The notes: generated by a model not told the origin, from the letters alone. A DNA stretch of 64,000 bases from an uncultured delta proteobacterium (GCA_963850305.1 CAWKKR010000003.1:51133-115132), one strand, 5' to 3'. Shown: positions 1 through 12,679, counted from the stretch's first letter. Made by a program: numbers and translations.

Positions 1-1
1 G

Positions 2-433
2 TTTCCGGATCGATACTCGCCGATCCGATACTACCCGACGAAGGACTTTCTCGTCCGCCTGACGGTCGGGGGCGGTATCCTGAAGAGCCCGGCCGAGGTC
101 CATCGGGGCATGTACGAGATTGGGCGGCTCAACGCGGTCGTGCTCTCGGAGAGCCTGCTGGGTGCGGTGCTCGTGCGGTTCCTTTCCCGCGATCCCGCGA
201 AACTCCTGCAGCAGGGCGTCGCGAGCCGCCGCCAGAGCGTCTCGGTCGGTCGGTGGGAGCTCAGGTTCGAAGGCGAACACCGCGGTGTGATCGAAATGAC
301 CGAGGAATACTCGTACCTCGATTCGTACTTGCTCGGCGCGGGGGTCGGCACGTTCGAGGCCGTATCCGTGGCGGCGGAGGTCCGAGCGGAGGTCACGGAC
401 CGCTTCTCGGGGCGCCACGTCATCGACTGGTAG
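2..433 (+). CDS. DUF2378-like myxobacterial protein, 5' partial
   Basis: Frame is open from the window edge (FPDRYSPIRYYPTKDFLVRL...GMYEIGR...GRHVIDW). Pattern resembles DUF2378 proteins. Confidence 0.55.
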   Translation, partial: FPDRYSPIRYYPTKDFLVRLTVGGGILKSPAEVHRGMYEIGRLNAVVLSESLLGAVLVRFLSRDPAKLLQQGVASRRQSVSVGRWELRFEGEHRGVIEMTEEYSYLDSYLLGAGVGTFEAVSVAAEVRAEVTDRFSGRHVIDW

Positions 434-477
434 ACGGTCCGGACACGAATCGCTCGGCGAGGTATCCTCCGGCTGCC

Positions 478-1978
478 ATGGGCGAAGTCGGCGCGCTCAT
501 CTTGGTCCGCGATCCCGGGGCGCGGTCCGAGCTCACGGATCTTCTCGAAACGGTTGCCGTCGACATCCGGCCTCGCGCTCGCGTTTGCTTCCCTCGAAGG
601 TGACCTCGGGCCCGCCGTCGCGCGCGCGAGAACGGCCGCGGGCGGCGGTCCCGTCGGGGTGATCGTCGATGCCGACTCGGATGTCATCGCCGCGCTTCTC
701 GCCGGCGCCGACGAAGCGGAGACGCTATCCTCGGTGGCCCCGAAGCCGTTCGCGCGGTTCGTCGAGCGCTTGCTGGTTCGAGCCAAGCTCCGAGCCGAAG
801 CCGCCCGGCTCGGCGAATCGCTCGTGCACGCCGAGCGCTTGATGGCCCTCGGTACGCTCGTCGCCGGCATCGCTCACGAGATCAACAACCCGCTCACCGC
901 GGTCGACCTCGGACTGCAGGTGGTTCGAAAAGCGCTCGGCCCCTCCGCCCCGGACGGAAGCCTCGAGTCGCTCGGACCGCTCCTCGATGATCTCGGCAGC
1001 GCGACGGCCGCGATCGCCACGATCGTGCGCGATCTCCGCGTCTTCGCGACCACGGGCGCCGGAGAACCCGTCGAGCTCGTCGACGTCCGCGAGCTCGCGG
1101 ACCAGGTCCTCCGTCTCGTCTCGAGACAGCTCTCGCACGCGATGGTCGAGCGCGACTACGCGGCCGTCGTACCCGCGCTCGTGTTACCGCGCAATCGGGT
1201 CGCGCAGGTGCTCGTGAACATCCTCGTCAACGCGGCGCAGGCCACTCGCGAGATCGAGCAGCCGATGCACCGCGTTCGCGTTACAGTCCGCTCCGACGGC
1301 GAGTTCGTGGCCGTTCTGGTGGCGGACACGGGGCCCGGCGTGCCCCAGGAGCACGTCGCGCGCATCTTCAATCCGTTCTTCACGACGAAGCGCGAGCGTC
1401 TCGGCAGCGGCCTCGGGCTGTCCATCTCACGCGCGATTCTGAGGGACCTGGGCGGCGAGCTCACCGTAGAGTCGATGTTCGGCGATGGCGCGACCTTCCT
1501 CTGCTTGCTGCCCGTGCCGCCGCCCGATCTCGTCAAGAAGCTCGCCGCGTCCGCCTCCGTGCCCGGCAAGGAGCGAGAGCCCTCGCGAGCCCTGTCGATT
1601 CTCGTCGTGGAAGACGACGCCCGCGTCGCGCGGTCCTACTTCCGGCTCCTCGATCCCCCGCACCGCGTGCTGCTCGCCGCGGACGCTCTCGAAGCGCTCG
1701 AGTTCCTGAACTCCGGGATCGAGCCCGACGTGATCCTCCTCGAGCTCGATCTGCCCGAAGCCGGCGGCGCGGGGCTCCTCGCCGCGATCGACGAGCGCTG
1801 GCCGGAGCTCGCGTCGCGAGTCGTCGTCACGGCGTCGGCTCCGCGCGCGGACTACGGCGGCCTTCGCGCCCATCCGCTGGTGGTCGAGAAACCCGTGAGT
1901 GGCGACGTTCTCCAGGCCGCGCTCCGAGAAATCGGCGCTCGCCGGCGCGGGATGAAGGGCGTCAGTGGGACATCGTGA
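478..1978 (+). CDS. Hybrid sensor histidine kinase (HisKA-HATPase plus atypical C-terminal receiver); start uncertain (ATG 478 via a possible frameshift near 565, or TTG 554)
   Basis: H-box AGIAHEINNPL, N-box NILVNAAQA, DTGPG, FFTTK, GSGLGLSI. C-terminal REC has VVEDD...PDVILLELDLP. Confidence 0.85.
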
Positions 1979-2123
1979 ACATCACCGGAGCGGCCCGTCA
2001 TGACGGCCTCCGCGACGATCGCCCCGAGGACTCCGTTCACGAAGGGCTGGCGCCTGCGTCGATGACGGAAGGGCTTCGTCGCTGCCGGGCACGAGGACCG
2101 TTCATCGCTGGAGCAGCGTGATC

Positions 2124-3663
2124 ATGAGACTCGTGAAGACCGGATGGAACAGGGGGCCAGCACAGCTCCTCCCGTCGCTCCTCAGCGTCGCACTGTCCGC
2201 CGCGGCGATTCTGGGTCGTCCTCCAGCCGTTTGCCACGTTCATCGGCGTGGCACTCGTGCGCCTGCGCTACCCCTACGAACTCGAGTGGATGGAGGGCGG
2301 CATCGTCACGCACGTGCAAGTAGTTCTTTCCGGACGGTCCATCTACCGCGCGCCTTCTCTCGACTTCACGCCGTTCATCTACACGCCCCTCTACTATTAC
2401 GTGTCGGCGCTCGTCTCCCTGGTGGTCGGTGAAGGGTACTTCGCGCCGAGGCTCGTGTCGTTCCTCTCCATCCTGGGCGCCTTCACCATCATGGGGTACT
2501 GGGTGCGACGCGAAACGGACAGTATCGTCGCCGCGTTCGCGGCGATGGGGCTCTTCAGCGCCACCTACGCCGCCACCGCTTTCTGGTTCGACATCGCGCG
2601 GGTGGACTCTCTCTTCGTGCTCTTGATCGTAGCGGGTTTTGCGCTCTGCCGCTTTGCGGGATCGACGCAGCTAGCCGCGCTCTCGGGCGTCGTCTTCGGC
2701 ATGAGCTTCCTGGCGAAGCAGAGCGGCCTCGTGATCGCGGTGCCCGCGCTGCTGCATCTCGTGCTTCGGGCACCGCGCCGCGGCCTCGTGGCTGTCGCTT
2801 CCTTCTTGCTCGTGGCGGGCGCCGGGTTCCTGGCCTTCCAGTTCGCATCGCACGGCTGGTTCTACTACTACGTCTTTGAGGTTCCCTCGCGGCACCAGAT
2901 CCTCTGGGGCGACGTCGACAAGACGCTCCGGGACTACTTCTGGTCGCCGGTCGTCCTATTTTCGCTGGCCGGCGTGGCCGTGGTTTCGGGGATCGGCTTC
3001 TTCGGCGGCCGCTTCCGGGACTGGCTGCTCTTCGCTGGCTTCGTGATCGTCACGTGCGGGACATCGTTGGTTTCTCTGCTCCACACGGGTGGCTACCCGA
3101 ATGCGCTCATCCCCGCGTACGCGGCGCTCTCGATCGCGTTCGGTATCGCGGCAGGCGCGCTGCTGCGTGCAGCCCGCGGCGGCGCGTTCGCGGATGTCTC
3201 CGCGCGCGCTTTCGTGCTCGTAGCCGTGCTCCTCCAGCTCGCCCTCTTGTCCTACGACCCGGCGCGAGCCGTTCCCACCGAGCGTGACCGTCTCGTGATG
3301 GATAACGTGATGCGGCGGCTCGCCAAGTTGCCCAGGCCGCTGTTCATCACCGCCTCCAGCTACTACGGCGTGATCGCGGGACAGCCGGACATCGTCACCC
3401 CCACGATGGGCCCAGTCGACGTCTTCAAGGCTTCCGGCCGCGTGGCGCAGCGGCTCCACGCAGATCTGGTTCGGCAGATCCGTGGCCACCGCTTCCGCAC
3501 CATCGTCCTTGATCGCGCCGCCGGGTTCTTGCCGCCGGATCTCGTCAACGAGATCCACGGGAGCTATCACCAGACCGGCCGACTCTTCACGAGCAGAGAG
3601 CGCGACATCTGGCCAAGGAGCGGCGCCTCGATTCGTCCGGACGAGGTCTGGCAAGCAGACTGA
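2124..3663 (+). CDS. GT-C (ArnT/PMT-like) integral membrane glycosyltransferase; +1 frameshift at ~2209
   Basis: YPYELEWMEGG, IYTPLYYY, RVDSL and KQSG motifs with many TM segments. Removing one T in GATTC (2207-2211) joins ORF 2118 to ORF 2248 (AAAIWVVLQPFATFIG). Confidence 0.75.
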
Positions 3664-3725
3664 CGCGGGAATCGCCCGATCGTCGCCGCTGCATTCGGGC
3701 GGGCTGACGCCGGTGACCGCGACGT

Positions 3726-4481
3726 TCACATGCGGGAGTTCATGTGAACGAAGCCGTTCTGTAGCTCCGCCCGGGAGGCGTTCAGCATGCCGAGCGTCAT
3801 GCCGTAGCCGATCTCGGTAGTGCCGCTCTCGAGGCCTTTCATGACCGCGGCCACGAACGGCTCCGGCGCGAGATCGGGCTTGAAACCGCCACGCCTGGCA
3901 CGCCCTTCGGGGTTCAGCTCGGTGTCGACGGATGGCGGCACGACCTCGAACACCTGGATGCCGAGCCTGGAGAGCTGAAACCTCAGCGCCATCGTGAAGG
4001 CGTGGATGCCGGCCTTGGTCGCGGAATAGACGGGCATCTTCGCCGCAGGAATGAAGCCGAGCCCCGAGGATACGTTGATGATCGCGGCGTTGTCCCGGCC
4101 GGCCAGGAGCGGCGCGGCGAGCGCCGAGAGGACGATGGGAGCCTTCAGATTGACCGCGATCTCGTCTTCGCCTCCCTCGAGCTCTGCCGCACCGCCACCG
4201 AAGGCGATGTCCCGCTGGATGCCCGCGTTGTTGACGAGCACGTTGAACCTGGGAAATGTGTCCGCGACCCACTTCATGAGCGCCTGACGTTCTTCCGCAT
4301 TCGCGATGTCGCATGCCTTGATGAGGAGTGACGGACGCCGGGCGCGCGCCTCGTGTAGCCGCGCCTCGCGCCGGCCGCAGATGACGACATCACTGCCGGC
4401 GTCGACGAATGCCTCGGCCATCGCGCGGCCGATGCCCGTCCCGCCGCCGGTGATCAGCACCGTGTTACCCGAGAGTCGCAT
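3726..4481 (-). CDS. Short-chain dehydrogenase/reductase (DltE-like)
   Basis: TGGGTGIG, NNAG, SSG and YSATK motifs. Start at MRLSGNTVLIT. Confidence 0.9.
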   Translation of the reverse strand: MRLSGNTVLITGGGTGIGRAMAEAFVDAGSDVVICGRREARLHEARARRPSLLIKACDIANAEERQALMKWVADTFPRFNVLVNNAGIQRDIAFGGGAAELEGGEDEIAVNLKAPIVLSALAAPLLAGRDNAAIINVSSGLGFIPAAKMPVYSATKAGIHAFTMALRFQLSRLGIQVFEVVPPSVDTELNPEGRARRGGFKPDLAPEPFVAAVMKGLESGTTEIGYGMTLGMLNASRAELQNGFVHMNSRM

Positions 4482-5172
4482 CGTTCGTCTTCGCCTTCCG
4501 CTTCGCCGGATACCCGACGGTCTGAGCGAAGAGCACCCGCTCGGTCCGTCCGAGTCCGAGCTTCTTCGCGAGGGCAACCTTATCGCAGTTGTGAAACCAG
4601 CAAGCGAGTCCCTCGGAAGCTGCGAACAGATAGACGTTCCCCGCGATGAGCCCCGTGTCCACGAAGTAGTAGGACTTCTGCACCTCGGGGTCGTGGAGCC
4701 CTGGCTCCTCGAATCCCTGCGTGTGCTCGAGCCTGTCCACATCAACCACGAAGACGAGCTGGACCGGGGCGTCCGGTGAGACCGGCGGCTGCCTGGAACC
4801 GAGGGCGAGCGCGCGGATGTCCTCGGCGAGAACGGGCACGAGCGCGTGGGACGAAGGGTCGAACCGATAAACACCCTGCTCGAGCGCGACGTAAACGACT
4901 ATCTCCCGCGAGTTACTCGCGGAAGCTGCCGTGACGCCCGCTCGACCGAATGGTCCCTGTCGCCGGTTCACACCGCAGGCCGCAAACAGCAGATTCGATA
5001 GCAGCTGCGCTCCGATGGCCTTTCCGCCGATGTCCCGGGTCGTCCGCCGCTCGCGAAGGGCTGCGGAGACACCGCGGCCGCCCGTGAGCTTCGGTTTCGG
5101 CAGGCGAAACGGCGGCGCGCTCTTCGATCGGGCGCTCTTCTTCGGGTGCTGCACCGGGCGCGGCGAGTCCAT
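4465..5172 (-). CDS. Nitroreductase family (SagB/ThcOx-like)
   Basis: LPKP...ALRERRTTR, TAASASNSREI, DTGLIAGNVYLFAASEGL, QTVGYP. Overlaps the SDR start. Confidence 0.85.
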   Translation of the reverse strand: MDSPRPVQHPKKSARSKSAPPFRLPKPKLTGGRGVSAALRERRTTRDIGGKAIGAQLLSNLLFAACGVNRRQGPFGRAGVTAASASNSREIVVYVALEQGVYRFDPSSHALVPVLAEDIRALALGSRQPPVSPDAPVQLVFVVDVDRLEHTQGFEEPGLHDPEVQKSYYFVDTGLIAGNVYLFAASEGLACWFHNCDKVALAKKLGLGRTERVLFAQTVGYPAKRKAKTNDATLG

Positions 5173-5366
5173 GCGTGGCCCACCCCTGCAGCGCATGTGC
5201 CAAGGGGCGGAGCGCGGAGAGTGTGGCAGCGCATGCCCGAATCGAAATGCCGCGACACGAATCTTTTGCGCTCACGCGACCGGCTTGCGTTGTAAATGGC
5301 GAAGAGCAGGCAACTTCACGTCCGAACGCCCCCGGCACGCACCTTGCGTCGGGCGGCACGCTGGTC

Positions 5367-5633
5367 ATGAACGTCCTCGAGTTCACGGGTTTCGGCATGT
5401 TCGGAAGCGCCATCGCCGCGGCCTATACCGCGTCGCTCGCGCATAACACGCGCCTGTATCTCTCACCGGATCGAATCGCCCGTGCACTGTTCATGCACGT
5501 GAGCCGCCTCGTGCTGCTCGCCGCCGTGCTGGTCTTCCTGGCCCGGGCGGGAGGGCACGCATTCCTCGTCGCCGTCGCGTGCTTCGCCGTCACGCAAGGG
5601 CTGCTCGTCGCGTGGTCACGGAGAAGCCAGTGA
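5367..5633 (+). CDS. atpR: N-ATPase AtpR subunit (small membrane protein)
   Basis: 88 aa, about 3 TM helices, AY..SL..N.RLY pattern. Its stop overlaps the atpB start (GTGA). Confidence 0.7.
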   Translation: MNVLEFTGFGMFGSAIAAAYTASLAHNTRLYLSPDRIARALFMHVSRLVLLAAVLVFLARAGGHAFLVAVACFAVTQGLLVAWSRRSQ

Positions 5634-6313
5634 GTTCGCCGCTATTCGAATCGCCGCTCTTCCGAGTCGGACCGATCCCGGTCGACGGCTCGCTTCTCAC
5701 GAGCTTCGGAATCACGGTCGTGCTCGGGGTCTCGAGTTTCCTCGCGACGCGGAGCCTGTCGCTCACGCCGAGCAGGACGCAGGCTGCTCTCGAAGCCGTG
5801 GTGTCGACCATCGACGGTCAGCTACGGGATGTCCTCCACCGGGATCCGGAGCCGTACACGCCGCTCGTCGGGACGCTCTTCATCTTCCTTTTGGTCGCGA
5901 ACAGCATCGAGGTGGTGCCCTTGCTCCATTCGCCGACGGCACGGCTCGAGACGACCATGGCGCTCGCGCTCGTCGTGTTCTTCTCCGTCTACTACTACGG
6001 CATCCGGGCAAACGGGTTCGTCGGATACCTCCGGCACTTCCTTTCGCCCACTCCCCTGCTCGCGCCGATCCACCTCCTCTCGGAGATCACTCGGACGTTC
6101 GCGCTCATGATGCGCCTGCTCGGCAACATCATGAGCCACGGGCTCGTGCTGGCGATCGTGGTGTCACTGGCCGGCCTTTTCGTACCGATTCCGGTCATGG
6201 CGTTCGGGCTCTTCGTGGGGCTCGTGCAGGCATATATCTTCGCGACGCTCGCTGCCGTCTACGTCGCCGCCGCGGTCGAGACGGAAAGGACGGAGAAGGA
6301 GGCTCGGAAATGA
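5630..6313 (+). CDS. atpB: F0 subunit a (N-ATPase type)
   Basis: [31 protein letters not shown] (essential Arg), QAYIFATL. Confidence 0.95.
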   Translation: MSSPLFESPLFRVGPIPVDGSLLTSFGITVVLGVSSFLATRSLSLTPSRTQAALEAVVSTIDGQLRDVLHRDPEPYTPLVGTLFIFLLVANSIEVVPLLHSPTARLETTMALALVVFFSVYYYGIRANGFVGYLRHFLSPTPLLAPIHLLSEITRTFALMMRLLGNIMSHGLVLAIVVSLAGLFVPIPVMAFGLFVGLVQAYIFATLAAVYVAAAVETERTEKEARK

Positions 6314-6552
6314 CGATTCAATCTTGGAGTATCCTGGGTGCGGTCATCGCGGTTTGCTTCGGAGCCGTGGGCCCCGCGTTCGCGGAAGGCCGTGCCATCG
6401 CGGCCGCGATGGAAGCCATCGCGCGACAACCCGAAGCAGGCGGCACGATTTCGCGAACGCTGTTCGTCGGACTCGCGATGATCGAGGCGATCGCGATCTA
6501 CTGTCTGGTGATCGCGCTCGTGCTCCTCTTCGCGAACCCGTTCGTTCACTGA
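6310..6552 (+). CDS. atpE: F0 subunit c (N-ATPase type, two glutamates)
   Basis: GPAFAEGRA...IARQPEA...[10 protein letters not shown]...LLFANP. Confidence 0.97.
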   Translation: MTIQSWSILGAVIAVCFGAVGPAFAEGRAIAAAMEAIARQPEAGGTISRTLFVGLAMIEAIAIYCLVIALVLLFANPFVH

Positions 6553-6558
6553 GGGTCC

Positions 6559-7308
6559 ATGCACATCTCCGGCTGGAACGTCGTTCTGGAGGTCATCAAC
6601 TTCCTGATCCTGGCGTGGCTCCTCCAACGCTTCGTCTTCGTGCCGATACGGGGCGTCCTCGAGAAACGGCAGCAGGCGGTCGACGCTTCGCTGAAGCAAG
6701 CCGAAGGCAAGACGGCCGACGCGGAGCACCTTCTCGAGGAGTACCGAGCGAAGACGGCCGCCATCGCCGACGACGCGGCACGTGCACGTGACGACGCCCT
6801 CGCTGCCGCCCGACGCGAAGCGGAGGGCATCCACCAGGAGATGCTCGTGAAGGCGCAAGCGGAGCTCGAGCTCGCCAGGCGCGCGCTGCAGCAAGAAAGG
6901 GCGGATACTCTGCACGACCTCGAGGCGCGCGCCGCGGACCTGGCGACGTCGATCGCCGAACGCCTGCTTCATGGAACGCGCCCGGACTCCGACGCGCCGT
7001 ACCTGTGGCAGGCGACGGCGAGCATCGATTCGCTGGATCCGGCGGCGAAGACGGCCCTGGCGAAGGAGCTCGTCGCTCGGGGCATCGAGACCGTCTCCTC
7101 GCGCCCGCTCGACGCGGCAACGCGCGAGCGGTTCGAACGGTGGCTGTCCACGCTCGCCGACGGTCCCGTTCGTCCCGTGTACGGCGTCGACGATGCGCTC
7201 ATCGCAGGCGTCGAGTTGCGCGTGCCCACGGGCGTGTACCGGTCGCACCTCCGTGCTTCCCTGGACCGCGTTCGCGCGGAGCTGACGGGCCATGCCGCCG
7301 CTGCGTGA
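6559..7308 (+). CDS. atpF: F0 subunit b fused to a delta-like C-terminus
   Basis: INFLILAWLLQRFVFVPI TM segment, coiled coil, DDALIAGVELR. No separate atpH, as is typical of N-ATPases. Confidence 0.9.
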   Translation: MHISGWNVVLEVINFLILAWLLQRFVFVPIRGVLEKRQQAVDASLKQAEGKTADAEHLLEEYRAKTAAIADDAARARDDALAAARREAEGIHQEMLVKAQAELELARRALQQERADTLHDLEARAADLATSIAERLLHGTRPDSDAPYLWQATASIDSLDPAAKTALAKELVARGIETVSSRPLDAATRERFERWLSTLADGPVRPVYGVDDALIAGVELRVPTGVYRSHLRASLDRVRAELTGHAAAA

Positions 7309-8830
7309 CGAGGTTTCCGGGTGGTTCGAGGGTGCCGCGCGCCGTGTCCGCGACGCCGATCTGCGTCCCGTGCACGAAGCGTTCGGGCGCGTCGTGAGCA
7401 TCGCCGACGAGGTGGCCACCGTCGAGGGACTGCCCGACACGCGGCTGAACGAGATCCTCGAGTTCGAAAACGGGCTCTCGGGTATCGCGGTGCTCCTCGA
7501 CGAGGCTACCATCGGCTGTTTGCTCCTCGGGCCCCAAGCCGGCATCCTGGCCGGATCGCGAGTGCGCGGCACCGGCACCGTCGTCCGCGTTCCGATCGGC
7601 GACGAGCTCCTCGGGCGCGTCGTCGATCCGCTCGGCGAACCGCTCGACGGCTTGCCGCGACCGTGCACGACGCGACGCGCGCCGGTGGAGAAACCAGCGC
7701 CGGCCATCGTGGATCGAGCGCCCGTCACGGAGCCGCTCTTCACCGGAATCACGGCGATCGACGCGATGTTGCCGCTCGGACGCGGGCAGCGCGAGCTCAT
7801 CATCGGCGATCACTCGACGGGAAAGACGGCGATCGCCGTCGATGCGATCATTCGCCAGAGGTCGACGGACGTGGTGTGCGTGTACGCCGCCATCGGACGG
7901 CGATCCTCGTCGGTCGCGGCGACCATCCAGGCAATGCGGACGCTCGGGAGGGCGGATCGGACGATCTGTGTCGTGGCGTCGGGTGACGACGCCCCGGGTC
8001 TCCAGTGGCTCGCGCCGTACGCCGCCTGCACCATGGCGGAGTACTTCTCCGAGCGCGGCCAGGACGCGCTCCTCGTCCTGGACGATCTGACGAAGCACGC
8101 GGAGGTGCACCGGCAGATCGCGCTGCTCCTGAGAGAGCCGCCCGGCCGCGAGGCGTACCCGGGCGATGTCTTCTATCTTCACTCGCGGCTCCTCGAGCGC
8201 GCCGCGCGCCTGGTGCCGGAGCTCGGAGGCGGCTCACTCACCGTGCTACCGATTGCAGAGACGCAGGGCGGCAACCTGAGCTCGTACATCCCGACGAACC
8301 TCATCTCGATAACGGACGGCCAGATCTTCCTCGAGCCGCGCCTCTTCAACGAAGGCGTTCGTCCCGCGATCGACATCGGCAAGAGCGTGTCGCGCGTCGG
8401 CGGACGGACGCAATCACAGGCGATGCGGAGCGTCGCGGACAGGCTTCGTCTCGACTATGCGCAGTTCCTCGAGCTCGAGCTGTTCACGCGGATCGAAGGC
8501 GCCGGCGACGAGTCGTCTCGGCGAGTGCTCGACCGGGGGCGCCGCGTGCGTGCCGCGCTCGTCCAGCCGTCCGGCGAGCCACTCACTCAGGGCGAGCAGA
8601 TCCTCCTGCTCGCCGCACTCGAAGCCGGGGTTCTCGACGACGCGCCCGCCGACGCGGTCGCACCGATCCGGAGCAAGCTCCGGGCGGCGCTCGAACGCCG
8701 GGACGCGCGTCTCCTGGCGGACATCGACGCGGGGCGCGCACCGGCTGCCGGGGAGCGCGACGTCATGGTCGCGGTCGTGCGCGAGCTCGTCGCAAACGTC
8801 GTGAAAGGCCTGGGTCATGGAACCGAGTGA
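7292..8830 (+). CDS. atpA: F1 subunit alpha
   Basis: GRGQRELIIGDHSTGKT, PPGREAYPGDVFYLHSRLLERA, YIPTNLISITDGQI, SVSRVGG. Confidence 0.97.
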   Translation: MPPLRDEVSGWFEGAARRVRDADLRPVHEAFGRVVSIADEVATVEGLPDTRLNEILEFENGLSGIAVLLDEATIGCLLLGPQAGILAGSRVRGTGTVVRVPIGDELLGRVVDPLGEPLDGLPRPCTTRRAPVEKPAPAIVDRAPVTEPLFTGITAIDAMLPLGRGQRELIIGDHSTGKTAIAVDAIIRQRSTDVVCVYAAIGRRSSSVAATIQAMRTLGRADRTICVVASGDDAPGLQWLAPYAACTMAEYFSERGQDALLVLDDLTKHAEVHRQIALLLREPPGREAYPGDVFYLHSRLLERAARLVPELGGGSLTVLPIAETQGGNLSSYIPTNLISITDGQIFLEPRLFNEGVRPAIDIGKSVSRVGGRTQSQAMRSVADRLRLDYAQFLELELFTRIEGAGDESSRRVLDRGRRVRAALVQPSGEPLTQGEQILLLAALEAGVLDDAPADAVAPIRSKLRAALERRDARLLADIDAGRAPAAGERDVMVAVVRELVANVVKGLGHGTE

Positions 8831-9667
8831 TCTGGCCTCCCGGACGCACGTGATCGGGGAGCTCTCGAACGTCGTTCAGGCCATGCGCACTCTCGCGAGC
8901 GCGCGGAGGCGCCAGGCTCAGGAGCGGCTCGCCGGGCTCGCACGCTACGCGGTCGCCGCCGAGCGGGCGCTCGAGGAGGCCCTCGCTCTCCTGGGCCCGG
9001 AAGCGCCGCGCGAGCCTTCCACGCCTTCCGACCGGCGGCGCGTCGTCGTGCTGTTCTCCGAGCACGGGTTCGTGGGCGCCTTGAACGATCGCTTGCTCGA
9101 CCTCGCCCTGTCGCAGTCTCGCTCCCGCGCGGCAGAGCTGGTTGCCGCGGGCAATCGGGGGATGCGCCTCTGCCGCGAGCGGGGCGTCGGCGCGACGTTC
9201 GGCGGCTCGATGCCGACCACGCTCGGCGCGGTTCACGCGGTGGCGGAGAGATTGCTCGAGGACGTGCTCCTGGCCGTGACGGAAGGAGGCATCGGCGAGA
9301 TCGATCTCGTCTTCGCCGAGCACAGGGCGCAGGTCGGGTGGGAGCCACGCACGTCGAAGCTGTTTCCACCGGCGGTCATCGCGACACCCGGAGCCGCCGC
9401 GCGAAGAGCGCCGCTCCACACGCTGCCTCCGCGGACCCTCGTGCTCCACGCGATGGAGGAATACGCCTTCGCGCAGGTGAACTGGGCGGTGAGCGAGGCG
9501 TTCGCGACCGAGCAAGCGGCGCGGTTCGTCGCGATGGACGCCGCGCGCCGTCACATCGACGAGAAGCTCGACGAGCTCCGCGCGCTCGGACGGACCCTGC
9601 GCCAGGAAGCCATCACGAGCGAGATCCTGGAGATCGCCTCGGGCGCCCAGCTCGTCGGTGGGACGCC

Positions 9668-9671
<4 letters not shown>
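8817..9671 (+). CDS. atpG: F1 subunit gamma
   Basis: VVQAMRTLAS, SEHGFVGALN, EQAARFVAMDAA, RQEAITSEILEI. Confidence 0.93.
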
Positions 9672-11482
<1,811 letters not shown>

Positions 11483-11484
11483 CC

Positions 11485-11778
11485 GTGGCCGAGAACTCGC
11501 GGAAGCCTCGAGATCGCGACGCGGACCGGATGAGCCATAGCGTCGCGCGGTTCGGCGAACGGCGGCGAAAGTGGAGGGACGATGCGGGGCGCACCCTCCT
11601 CGCCGCGTTCAACCTGACGGGCATCGGATGGGTCGTCGTCGTGCCCACCGTCCTTGGCTTCGTGCTGGGTCACTACCTCGACGCCCGATTCTCTAGCGGC
11701 ATCACGCTCGCCGCGGGCATGGGTTTCCTCGGGCTCGGCCTCGGGTGCTGGTCGGCGTGGCGGCGCATCGAGCGATGA
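11485..11778 (+). CDS. atpQ: N-ATPase AtpQ (AtpZ/AtpI family)
   Basis: GIGWVVVVPTVLGFVLGHYLD...GLGLGCWSAWRRI. Confidence 0.85.
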   Translation: MAENSRKPRDRDADRMSHSVARFGERRRKWRDDAGRTLLAAFNLTGIGWVVVVPTVLGFVLGHYLDARFSSGITLAAGMGFLGLGLGCWSAWRRIER

Positions 11779-11927
11779 CCGACGAATGGCCGAGGCGTGT
11801 CGCCGCCGGGGGGGATCCTCAACCGAGACCGGAGGGAACCAATCAGGATGTTCGTGGCTCATCCGGAATCGTGACACGGGGAGTCCACCCCGGGACTCCC
11901 CGCGTCACTTCGACCACATCGGACTCA

Positions 11928-12358
11928 ATGCACGTTCGTCCTCGCGGTGGCCGGCTGGATCCACCGCAGTCAGCAGGACGTGATCGAGTACCTGGTGGTC
12001 GCCGAGTTCGTCGACCACTACCACCGAGAGCGCAACCCACCAGGGGCTCGGCAACGAGCTGATCGAGCCGAGCGGCTCGGGCCGTCATACCGTATGGTGC
12101 CGAAACTCGACCGAGCGCCTTCGGGCCGAAGTTGCAGGGTTTCGCACGGGTTCGGGGAGCGGCCATCAGCAGGTGGGATCGGCCGGAAGATGAACGCCAT
12201 TCTGTTCCGGTTCTACTCTGGAATCTCGGCCACAATCTCGGGCGAAACACAATCCGGCGAATCCTCGTGGACGCGGGGCTTGAGCCCGCGCCGGAGCGTG
12301 GGAAGCGAACAAGCGAGGCCGCATGATTCCCGAGCGATCGAGTTTCGGCACACTACGG
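11928..12358 (+). mobile_element. Degraded integrase-core (rve-type) transposase remnants, including an internally deleted TIR-bounded element at 12090-12358
   Basis: Fragments AVAGWIHRSQQDVIEYL, EFVDHYHRERN(HQGLGNELI), NLGHNLGRNTIRRILVDAGLEPAPERGKRT, EAA*. 24-bp inverted repeats at 12090-12113 and 12335-12358 (21/24 identical). Confidence 0.75.
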
Positions 12359-12406
12359 GGCCCTGGGTGACGCTCCCATGAGCGACCAGGACCATCGGCT
12401 CGCGCT

Positions 12407-12613
12407 TCAGTGCGCGAAACGATTCGCGGGGACCGTGCCGAGCGTCAGCGCGTGGGGCGCTGGAGCCTCCGTGATGGTCATGTCATAATCGCACCGGCAG
12501 GAGTCCGCTGCCTTCTGCGCCGAGGGCACTGCGTCAGCGCCGGGTTCATGACTGGGCACCAGCGAAAGCGCCGCCGCGTGAAGCAGCAGGGACAGGACGA
12601 GTCCGACCTTCAT
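12407..12613 (-). CDS. Small membrane-anchored or secreted hypothetical protein (68 aa)
   Basis: Purine-rich RBS region before the ATG. Hydrophobic N-terminus VLSLLLHAAAL (SxxxH), CxC motif. Confidence 0.45.
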   Translation of the reverse strand: MKVGLVLSLLLHAAALSLVPSHEPGADAVPSAQKAADSCRCDYDMTITEAPAPHALTLGTVPANRFAH

Positions 12614-12641
12614 CTCCGTCTTCCTCTCCAGGGCGTCGTAC

Positions 12642-12679
12642 GTGACGCTACCGAACCAATCATGTGACGAATGAGTGAC
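12642..12679 (-). promoter_or_regulatory. Pho-box/OmpR-family-like direct repeats
   Basis: GTCAC on the minus strand at 12642, 12664 and 12675 (spacings 22 and 11) in an AT-richer intergenic region. Confidence 0.5.

Noticed and set aside
5260..5282. FNR/FixK-like box upstream of the ATPase operon (TTGCG-N4-CGCGA)
   Set aside because: Too degenerate to support in a high-GC background.
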